The notes under the pieces are model-generated. The model was not told where the DNA came from and made no database searches. It saw nothing but the letters and a program-made list of their open reading frames with translations. Positions 59,001 through 64,000 of a stretch of 64,000 nucleotides of DNA are shown here, piece after piece. The DNA is from Lama glama (taxonomy: Eukaryota). Each line of letters begins with the position of its first letter. The stretch's first letter is position 1. The position numbers and the translations under genes were made by a program. The stretch spans positions 16,926,001 to 16,990,000 of the forward strand of contig CM052830.1 of the NCBI GenBank assembly GCA_028534125.1, read 5' to 3'.

Positions 59001-61118
59001 CTTCCTCTCACCTAAGGAGCAGTCACCTGGGGAACCAGAGAGGATAGCTTCTGGAAGGCTATCTGGAATGCTGCCAGGACCACTCCCATGGAAGAGAAAT
59101 GCCTGATGCTGCTCTGATGGCAGGTGGTGTTTCTGTCCTAGATTCATGGACCTGGAGTCCCTTCCAAGGTGGTGTCTCCTCAGCCGTGTGGGGAAAACAT
59201 GTGGCTGACTGGAGAGCCCAGTGGTCCGGGCCTGGAGCCATGAGCGTGCTGAGAAGGAATCATTCCAACTCAAAGGGACAAAGCCTGAGAGGGTCTCATG
59301 GCCCGCATCCCGCAGGAGAATCCTGACTGTCCTACTCTCCAGCTGCATGGGTTTGCATCAGTCTTTGCATATGGATTTGGAGGTGGTCAGCTTGATCCTT
59401 GCAGGCTCTCCTGTCATTGGGAGCACAATTCCCAGAGCTCTGGCAGCTCTGACCCCGCAGCAAAAGCACAACAGTCACAAGATTGGCCGTGGATGGCTGC
59501 TTCTTTGCTGGGGCTGGATATTTTGCGCTCAGTAAAGGTCAGTTTCAGTGGGTTTTCATTTGTAGGAACCAGTGAGTAGCTGGAAAAAGTCAATGTCTTT
59601 GGTGAACTATCACCACGGCAACCACCCTTCCCAGGAGGGGCTCCAGGAAGTGCAATTCAGAGTGAGCGCAAGCCCGACCTACTTGGAGCATGAATGGCCG
59701 GGGTTGGCTTCCGCATCCCTCTGACGTCAGAGCAAAGCACAGACCAGAGGCACAGCCTCTTTTCCAAATGCTTTATACTCAAACAGAAGAGAGAGACCCA
59801 GGATGTGAGAGGAGATACCCGGGGAAGCATCTCCCCAAGGCCCTGAGGTGAACCACCTTAAAAGAGAACCCCAAACCCAGTTCCTGGCACAGAGTCTGTG
59901 CCCCCTTGGTGTTTATTAACTGAATACATGATGGGAGGATTAAATGAATGAATTCAGGCCATATTGTTAATTGTTGCATTGAGAGTTAAAATACCGATTC
60001 TTTGCTATGTCCCGTAAGGACCAAAAAGATTCTACAAGGAATCACGTTGAAGGAATTTCACTAGTGACTAGAGATTACCTCCATCCATCAGTAGATTGAG
60101 AAAAACAAGATATAATACAATGCAAGGTCATTTATTCTCAGTATAGAAAAGCGTTCATTTCAAGTAATAATAATAGCATTTTTGAGGGGGAAGAAAAGCA
60201 ATCTATGGTGATGGTATTATTACTAAAAACCTCTATTCAAAAAATTTAAATTGTCCCCATCTTTCACCTCCTACCCCAAGCTTGGTTATTTGATTAGCTT
60301 TTTTATAGCCCACACAAGTTTGCCTTGTGTCTCTGGATGTTAATGCAGAATCACTCAAAGAAAAAGCTGACAATATTGAAATCAGAAAAACAGGTTTAAA
60401 CCTCGCCTAGAGCTTAACAAGGTGCTTTAATGCACCCGGATCTCACGATGGCAAAGAGGGAACGGTACATTGAAACCAGATGGCCCAGAGGCAGCGAGCT
60501 GGCTGGCAGATAGGGGTTCTTTTCTGCCCCACTCCCACCCTGAGTGGCTGGGAAAATTTCAGTTGGTCGTCTTCCTTTAACAAGAAGAGAGCTTTCACAT
60601 AAAAGCCTAGATTTCTGGCTTCTCTTCAAAATTCAGCAGCTCCTGTAAAAAGGATCCCATCTTCCCACGTGGCAGCAATTGGCCAGAACTGAGAAGCGGG
60701 TGTCCCTTAAGTAGGGTCTGAACTCCCCAGGCGACCATGTCTCTGCCTGGCCACCTTCAGCTGGTTTTATGTCCCGTGCCAGGCTCCTGTAGACACTGAG
60801 TTTGTAACCCCGGAGTCTAGTCCAACACTTCATTTTGTGGATGACGAAACTGAAGCCCAGAGTGAGACTTGCCCAGGATCAACAAGTTAGCGGGGCAGGC
60901 CAGAGCCCAGACACCCCAGCCCCGCCCAGCGGCTCCTTCTCCTGGCCCCCGGCAGCCTTGCTTCAACAAGGGGCTGCACCTTCCTCACTGAGACGCAGAG
61001 TCCAACTGCTTTGCGGTGGCTTACCTGTGGATATAGCACCAGGGAAGTGGGCCAGGATGAACCAGCCGACTGTCAGCATCGCCTTGAAAGAGACATTCGG
61101 CCTGTGAGCCGCTCCCAT
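986..61118 (-). CDS. CEMIP: CEMIP (KIAA1199/HYBID) spliced CDS, 27 coding exons, 3'-partial (3958 nt; last exon outside window)
   Basis: Exon translations match CEMIP (signal peptide, G8 domain, GG domains, PbH1 repeats). All junctions are GT-AG with consistent phases and no internal stop. Confidence 0.98.
3500..3900. mobile_element. L2 fragment (opposite orientation)
   Basis: GAGACATCCAGGTGGCAATGTCCAAGTGGCAGTTGGATA..GGGCTGGAGA pattern. Confidence 0.5.
4164..4321 (-). CDS. CEMIP: CEMIP coding exon 26 (VDGKRYPSAEDGIQVVVIDG...VAAIPD)
   Basis: 158 nt, inside ORF 4160..4381; second GG domain. Confidence 0.97.
4494..4940 (+). mobile_element. MLT1 (ERVL-MaLR) solo LTR
   Basis: TG..GGGCTGAATGGTGG..GTGACCTT..TTTGCAGATGTAAT..CCTTGATTTTGGACTTCCAG..AGAACTG..ATTTCTGT. 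Confidence 0.85.
5003..5089 (-). CDS. CEMIP: CEMIP coding exon 25 (KTKDRFLEVKMESSKQRFFHLLNDFAYIE)
   Basis: 87 nt, AG/GT boundaries. Confidence 0.96.
5281..5485 (-). CDS. CEMIP: CEMIP coding exon 24 (LLFLKLKAQNEREKFAFC...LLGAQL)
   Basis: 205 nt, inside ORF 5269..5493. Confidence 0.97.
9148..9333 (-). CDS. CEMIP: CEMIP coding exon 23 (GDWIRVGFCYPQGTTF...YWDEDS)
   Basis: 186 nt, manual translation. Confidence 0.96.
10285..10496 (-). CDS. CEMIP: CEMIP coding exon 22 (MYIQAYKTSNLRMKII...WLINFN)
   Basis: 212 nt, ORF 10281..10496; AAG acceptor. Confidence 0.97.
12815..12979 (-). mobile_element. tRNA-derived SINE (camelid-type) with A-rich tail
   Basis: Minus strand GGGGAGGGCGCAGCTCAGTGGGAGAG...GGTTCAAGCCCC (Pol III A/B boxes) followed by an AAATAAACCTAATTAC tail. 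Confidence 0.9.
13030..13120 (+). mobile_element. tRNA-derived SINE (camelid-type), short tail
   Basis: GGGGAGGGTATAGCCCAGTGGGAGAG...GGTTCAAGCCCC plus poly-A. Confidence 0.9.
13474..13689 (-). CDS. CEMIP: CEMIP coding exon 21 (ITSRVFFGEPGPWF...CSGRYAQ)
   Basis: 216 nt, overlaps ORF 13270..13677. Confidence 0.97.
13993..14132. other. Assembly gap (140 N), intronic
   Basis: N run between coding exons 20 and 21, next to a short (CA)n; no exon is missing across it. Confidence 0.99.
14945..15125 (-). CDS. CEMIP: CEMIP coding exon 20 (QNFPIRGIQFYDGPINIQNC...IAFEDVP)
   Basis: 181 nt, manual translation. Confidence 0.96.
17567..17722 (-). CDS. CEMIP: CEMIP coding exon 19 (SGGTFPYDDGSKQEIKNSLFVGES...TLPIG)
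   Basis: 156 nt, manual translation. Confidence 0.96.
17804..17839 (-). CDS. CEMIP: CEMIP coding exon 18, 36-nt microexon (FADNGIGLTLA)
   Basis: CAG acceptor, AG|GTAAG donor, fills the gap in the protein. Confidence 0.94.
18990..19420. mobile_element. L2 fragment
   Basis: AGCATCTCAAATTCAACA..ATGATCCTTCTAAGAAA pattern. Confidence 0.5.
20828..20959 (-). CDS. CEMIP: CEMIP coding exon 17 (YSPHQDADPLKPREPAIIKHF...WLDSC)
   Basis: 132 nt; contains His783 (CAC at 20899-20901). Confidence 0.97.
21335..21480 (-). mobile_element. L1 3'-end fragment
   Basis: TTTTAATTGAAGTATAGTCAG...GTACAGCA...TATAGTTCCCTGTG, typical of the reverse-complement cetartiodactyl L1 3' end. Confidence 0.75.
21686..21705. 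promoter_or_regulatory. Candidate heat-shock element (4 perfect alternating nGAAn units)
   Basis: aGAAacTTCtaGAAatTTCt; motif match only. Confidence 0.45.
21823..21974 (+). mobile_element. tRNA-derived SINE with perfect 15-bp target-site duplication
   Basis: A box TAGCTCAGTGG, B box GGTTCAAGCC; TSD AAAGTGCCCAACAGA at 21808-21822 and 21975-21989. Confidence 0.93.
22051..22136 (-). CDS. CEMIP: CEMIP coding exon 16 (AGMIIDNGVKTTEASAKDKRPFLSIISA)
   Basis: 86 nt, manual translation. Confidence 0.95.
24412..24540 (-). CDS. CEMIP: CEMIP coding exon 15 (ETGFWFIFHHVPTGP...RAHSNYR)
   Basis: 129 nt, inside ORF 24361..24582. Confidence 0.97.
25362..25431 (-). CDS. CEMIP: CEMIP coding exon 14 (NAVSTFWMANPNNNLVNCAAAGSE)
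   Basis: 70 nt, manual translation. Confidence 0.95.
26175..26380 (-). CDS. CEMIP: CEMIP coding exon 13 (VKDVVGYNSLGHCFFTEDG...KPRQDC)
   Basis: 206 nt, AG/GT boundaries. Confidence 0.97.
27520..27700. mobile_element. MER20 (hAT-Charlie)
   Basis: GCAGGATGTTTAGCAGC..CCCACTGGATGCCAG..AGTTGTGACAACCCAAAATGCCTCCAGACATT. Confidence 0.8.
29340..29472. mobile_element. MER94/MER81-like hAT-Blackjack MITE
   Basis: Terminal inverted repeats TAGGGTGACC ... GGTCACCC. Confidence 0.75.
34069..34430 (-). mobile_element. MER102-like hAT-Charlie element
   Basis: CAAACCCAAATGCCCAC..GATTTTTATGTGAAATCTC..GCCAAACAAAACACATCTG. Confidence 0.6.
34347..34668. repeat. Diverged ~170-bp tandem duplication (34347-34497 / 34517-34668)
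   Basis: Shared exact blocks AAGCCAAACAAAACACA, GGGTGCCATTTTGT, AAAAGTTCATAGAGGATAT, CATTTAAAGAA, AAATTATC. Confidence 0.9.
34693..34731. repeat. (CA)n microsatellite (~15 perfect units)
   Basis: Read directly. Confidence 0.95.
35248..35457 (-). CDS. CEMIP: CEMIP coding exon 12 (FALGFKAAHLEGVELKHMGQQ...HGSNGLL)
   Basis: 210 nt, AG/GT boundaries. Confidence 0.97.
37392..37567 (-). CDS. CEMIP: CEMIP coding exon 11 (GKPMYLHIGEEIDGVDMRAEVGLLSRNI...FGGHIK)
   Basis: 176 nt, inside ORF 37386..37781. Confidence 0.97.
39405..39892 (-). mobile_element. MLT1 (ERVL-MaLR) solo LTR
   Basis: GGCTGCTGTAAC..GGCTTAAAACAAC..AGAAGTCCGAA..CTCTTATAAGGACC..CTGCAAAGTCCCT..CTGCCACA. Confidence 0.85.
40642..41090 (+). 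mobile_element. ERV1-class solo LTR (MER41-like of cetartiodactyls)
   Basis: TG...CA ends with near-TSD GTTC/GTTT; TATA-like TTTAAA at ~40924; AATAAA at 41008-41013 followed by a U5-like tract; family name from memory. Confidence 0.65.
43536..43740. mobile_element. MER3 (hAT-Charlie MITE)
   Basis: GATGGTGGAAATGCTCT..GGTAGCTATTAGTCACATG..TTTAAATAGCCACACGTGGCTGG. Confidence 0.8.
44388..44416. repeat. (CA)14 microsatellite
   Basis: Read directly. Confidence 0.95.
44715..45500 (+). mobile_element. Degraded old MLT1 LTR fragments (two adjacent)
   Basis: TTTTTGCTTAAG..TCTGTTGCTTACAACCAAGAAC..AATTGATACA and TTGTTATGCAGCA..ATAGCTGACTGATACA LTR ends. Confidence 0.6.
45587..45778 (-). CDS. CEMIP: CEMIP coding exon 10 (VRPKLTVTIDTNVNS...NQVKVA)
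   Basis: 192 nt, inside ORF 45555..45779. Confidence 0.97.
46572..46704 (-). CDS. CEMIP: CEMIP coding exon 9 (ATTADGVNLTTEAVYKKGQDY...RFLCGKP)
   Basis: 133 nt, AG/GT boundaries. Confidence 0.96.
47122..47275. mobile_element. MER5A-like hAT-Charlie MITE
   Basis: CCTGGGCATCAGGACTTTT..CCCAGGTGACTCC..AAAGTTTGAGAACC. Confidence 0.7.
47300..47490. mobile_element. MIR SINE (representative; others at ~170-300, 5710-5880, 9990-10100, 22330-22400, 27850-28000, 31100-31290, 33750-33860, 42510-42740, 53810-54020, 61500-61570)
   Basis: MIR core TTTTACAGAT..GGAAACTGA.GCTCAGAGAGGTT..GTAACTTGCC. Confidence 0.7.
47327..47371 (+). repeat. Minisatellite (GGCTGTGAG)5
   Basis: Five perfect 9-bp units read directly. 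Confidence 0.95.
48600..48735. mobile_element. MER96-like hAT-Tip100 MITE (palindromic)
   Basis: Inverted arms ATTTAAGGTGGC (48622-48633) and GCCACCTTAAAT (48683-48694) around TCATGCAAGTGCA. Confidence 0.75.
50019..50068. repeat. (TA)4(TG)21 microsatellite
   Basis: Read directly. Confidence 0.97.
51575..51696 (-). CDS. CEMIP: CEMIP coding exon 8 (DVEWTEWFEHDK...ICNRPIDIQ)
   Basis: 122 nt, manual translation, WxxW motif. Confidence 0.95.
52303..52398 (-). CDS. CEMIP: CEMIP coding exon 7 (GHRGSAAARVFKLFQTEHGEHFNVSSSSEWVQ)
   Basis: 96 nt, manual translation, AG/GT boundaries. Confidence 0.95.
52977..53047 (-). CDS. CEMIP: CEMIP coding exon 6 (HPWSFITVKGNPSSSVEDHIEYH)
   Basis: 71 nt, manual translation, AG/GT boundaries. 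Confidence 0.95.
55000..55179 (-). CDS. CEMIP: CEMIP coding exon 5 (FDTYRSKKESERLVQYLN...LHLGF)
   Basis: 180 nt, inside ORF 54927..55271, AG/GT boundaries. Confidence 0.97.
55310..55630 (+). mobile_element. Old L1 ORF2-region fragment
   Basis: A-rich; GAATAGCCAAGATTTGGGAAAAAGAA resembles an L1 ORF2 motif. Confidence 0.45.
55820..56500. mobile_element. L2 fragment
   Basis: CACAGCAGCGAGAATATTCTTTTAAA..TCTCAGCTCAAACGTT..TTCACTCACTGCTGTGCTCCCAGCACC..GAATGA. Confidence 0.6.
56526..56762 (-). CDS. CEMIP: CEMIP coding exon 4 (RADEGVQPDPYFGLKY...GTVIHSD)
   Basis: 237 nt, inside ORF 56522..56962; contains Arg187 (CGT at 56582-56584). Confidence 0.97.
57492..57630 (-). CDS. CEMIP: CEMIP coding exon 3 (GKLVIKDQGETIVLRTRHILIDSGGELHAG...VLYG)
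   Basis: 139 nt, manual translation, AG/GT boundaries. Confidence 0.96.
58122..58268 (-). CDS. CEMIP: CEMIP coding exon 2 (VAPECPDQWPELQPW...RISEG)
   Basis: 147 nt, AG/GT boundaries, start of G8 domain. Confidence 0.96.
59719..59732. promoter_or_regulatory. Candidate CRE (TGACGTCA) within a 14-bp palindrome
   Basis: CTCTGACGTCAGAG; motif match only. Confidence 0.35.
60585..60790 (+). mobile_element. MER102-like fragment
   Basis: TTTCACATAAAAGCCTAGATTTCTGGCTTCTCTT..TTCCCACGTGGCAGCAATTGG. Confidence 0.55.
61025..61118 (-). CDS. CEMIP: CEMIP coding exon 1 (signal peptide MGAAHRPNVSFKAMLTVGWFILAHFPGAIST)
   Basis: ATG in GCCAGGATGG Kozak context; acceptor AG 16 nt upstream (exon starts 61134); donor G|GTAAG; 94 nt. 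Confidence 0.95.
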
Positions 61119-61340
61119 CCTGGCAGAATACTCCCTGAAACAGAAGCACCCCGAGTCAGACCTGCAGCTTCCCCGAGCTGGAGTCAGTGTGTGTGGGCAG
61201 ACACACACAGAGACAGGGCCACATGCACACACGGAGGCAGGGCCAGCGTGGGCATACTCCAGCCGGCCAGTGCAAAGTCCTCAGCTGCCATGACTCAGGA
61301 CTGGGCAGATCAGGGCATGCAAGCCCTGCCATCGTCCCAC

Positions 61341-61427
61341 CTGTGTCCTGCAGCTCAGAGACCCAGTGAAGGATGGAATTTCATCCTTGGCACAGGAGCT
61401 TGCTACCCTCCAGGATGAAGTTTTTTT
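61341..61427 (-). other. Possible 5'UTR (non-coding) exon of CEMIP
   Basis: Pyrimidine tract and AAG acceptor at 61428-61460, CAG|GTGGGA donor at 61340; human has an optional UTR exon shortly upstream of the ATG exon (recalled); boundaries uncertain. Confidence 0.3.
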
Positions 61428-61699
61428 CTTAAGTTAAAAAACAGAGAGACACAAAAATCACTCCCACAGAACATGCGCTGGAAAATAGATGCCACCAACT
61501 TGTTGTGTGATCTCAGATGATTTGATTAATTTCTCTGGGCCTCAATTTCCTAATCTGAAAAATGGGGATACGGACTGGCTAATTTGTAACCTTTACTCCA
61601 CCTTTACCCATCTGTGCTTCTAAAACAAGTCTCGATACTAATGTTGAAATCCTAAATACAATGCTTATGTGTTATAAACCCTTTTAATATTACCTATCC

Positions 61700-62185
61700 A
61701 AGAGGAAGGTGGGGCAGAGACAGCTGATTATCCCCAATAACAATTTTTTTCCCTCCTTAGTAAAAGAACCCGATTTTTATCTGGGTATATGGCCACCTAG
61801 GATAAAGGCTACCTTCTCCAGTCTCTACATTAGCTATGGCCTTGAAATTAAGTTCTGGCCAGTAAAATGAAAGTACAGTATGTGAATCCCAGGAAATGTC
61901 CTTAGGGAAGGCAGGAAGTCTTTCTTCCCTCCTTCCTCCGTCCCGCTGGCTGGAATATGGAAAAGATGGCTGGATCTTCAGCAGCTATCTTTGTCCATGT
62001 CTTGGGAGCCATGCACTGAAGATGGCAAAGCAAGCAGAGAGAAGGAACCTAGGCCCTGACCCTGTGGAGCACCGAAACAGCCTGAGACTGTGGATTTATT
62101 TTTATGGGTGACAGAATTAAATTTGCATTTTATTAAACTTCTGTTTCATTAAAGCCACTTATATTTTCCCCTTTTACTCAGACAG
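61700..62185 (+). mobile_element. Old MLT1 (J/K-like) LTR
   Basis: AAGTTCTGGCCAGTAAAATG..GATGGCTGGA..GCAGCTATCTT..AAGGAACCTAGGCCCTGA..TTAAAGCCACT. Confidence 0.6.
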
Positions 62186-64000
62186 AAGGTGAATATGGGA
62201 ATCTGTCTAGGTAAACCTCAAGGCAGGAACTCAAAAAAAGATGCCAGATTCCCCTTTCAGAATATAACGCCACTCGGAAAAGTCTCTGTGTCAAGTCCTC
62301 TGCACCACACAAGATTGCTTAAACGGGGCTTGGGGAGTGGCCGGCTCTGGCTTCCATGCCCATGTCTCCAGCTCCTCCCCGGAGCATGAAACAAGCAGAC
62401 ATTCTCCCACACTGAGAAAGGGGCCAAATCTATCTCACCCCATACAGGCTCCTCCCTTTGAGTGAGCTCGGGCACAAATCTGATCATCCCTGACCTTTCA
62501 GCTCCAGGTGAAGTGCTTTGTGTGAGCTCAGTGAGTGGGGGCAGGCAAGAGGGTCCGAAACAGAGCACACTGGCCCTGAGCCTGGGCCCTCCCGCACAGG
62601 TGCGCCGGGGAGGCGGGGGTGGGGGCGGAGACGGTCCTCTCAGCATCAATGTCTGCGGTGTCCTCTTGGCGGGCACCCTGCCTGGCCCAGGCCTGATTGG
62701 CAGAGAACAACGGGACCCATTCTAGTCGCCTCTGCAGGGTCACCGAAGTCACGCGTCACAGCATCTGGGAATGGTGCCTTTCCCAGGGCCCCCAGAAGAG
62801 GAATGTCTGCTCTCATGCTCTTTGCAATAGAAAGGAGGGGACGCCGGAGACAGGAGAGTTCTGTGGTCCTTAGGGAAAGCCAGAGCCCAGATCTCAAGTC
62901 TCCATCTGTTTAGAAAAGCCAAAGGTAGTTTGCTTTTTTCTACTCAGAAGCCCCAAATCATCCTGGGGCTCCTCTGGAGGGAACCTGGACTTTGGGCTGT
63001 GAGCTGGCAAAGGAAGGTGGCAGGCACCAGGCTTGGAGGGGCCAGGGGATGGGAGGTGATCTGGGTGCGGGCACCCCTCCCGCCCTAACTACCGGGTGAC
63101 CCTCATCCGGCATTTCCTTCTTTGGGCCTCAGACTTCCCTTGTGCACGGTAGGAGGCTGGGGTACAGGGACTTCGTGGCTCTGACATCTCCTGATGATAT
63201 CCTAGGTCATTTCAGAGACAGAAAAAAAAAGTCACTCTCTGGATGGATGTGAAAACAATTCCACGTGGAAGGATAATGCTCAAAACCTCTCTTCCCTGAC
63301 ATCACAGAGACCTCCTGCTGGGTCTCAGCGCTAGACACGTCTGAGCCACGCGAGGCAGAGAGCCCCCTGCCCACGAGGTGGCCCCACATGGCTGGGGGCG
63401 GTCCTCCGTGCTTTCCTGCCCATGAATGGCTTCCAGGGCCCGAGTACAGAAACCTCGAGAAACACTTTGTTGACGTGAATCCAAAAGGCTCTTAAATTTC
63501 ACTTGGGAGTTCTTCACCGAGGGAGGACAGCTTTCTCAGTTGGCCACTGAAAGCTCTCTGGCAATGGGAGTTGGGGTCCGGCTTCTCTAGCTGGCAAGAC
63601 ATGGTCTTGAAACGGTTCCCAGCTGTTGAAGGCCTGGGAAGAGAGCATGTTGGCTAACAATGCTAGAAGTTTCCACAGGAAGCTGTTGGCTGGAGGCTGG
63701 CTGGACACTGCCCTTGCTAGGTCCCGATGGTCCTGAGCTGCCCTCCTCCTTAAAGGATGCAATGGAAGGATTCGGCGGTGGAAGAATATGGACACGCTTT
63801 GGGGGAAGGCTGGCACGCCGGGTGCTCCACAAGGCTTCACAGTAACAGGTTAAAGTTTTCCAGAAGCTCAGCATTCCCCGTCCAGCTGCGGCTCTGGGCT
63901 GTGTTTGCCAGGCCTCCCAGGAACTCGCGGAGGGAGGGGCAAAAGCAGGGACAAGAGGCGTTGCCTGCCACCGTCTGTCTCTGCCTCTCCTCGCTGCCAT

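Noticed and set aside
986-61118. Possible pseudogenisation or exon gain/loss in CEMIP
   Set aside because: All 27 exons are in frame with canonical splice sites and give a contiguous protein.
8048-61297. Scattered AP-1 sites TGA(C/G)TCA (e.g. 8048, 20004, 25121, 54880, 61291)
   Set aside because: About 8 are expected by chance in 64 kb, so there is no enrichment.

Overview
Mammalian genomic DNA, probably a camelid (inferred from the short tRNA-derived SINEs with an AAATAAACCTAATTAC-type tail). The window lies entirely within the CEMIP (KIAA1199/HYBID, hyaluronan-depolymerising protein) gene on the minus strand. I traced 27 consecutive coding exons by hand, from the ATG at 61118 down to 986. 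They total 3958 coding nt, all introns are GT-AG, the frame is open, and the exon translations are collinear with human CEMIP as I recall it. The last coding exon (with the stop codon) lies left of the window and the main promoter lies right of it. Introns contain SINEs, MIR, L1/L2, MLT1/ERV LTRs, hAT MITEs, microsatellites and one 140-nt N gap. I see no evidence of a new gene or new biological system. The best leads are RNA-structure and regulatory features: (1) a head-to-head SINE pair forming an ~87-bp hairpin whose 16 mismatches are all transitions, a predicted ADAR substrate; (2) a third SINE placed to compete for that pairing and circularise five exons; (3) a perfect 4-unit heat-shock element; (4) a natural Ile at position 1109, matching a human hearing-loss candidate variant. 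Repeat family names and human comparisons come from memory of consensus sequences, not from searches.
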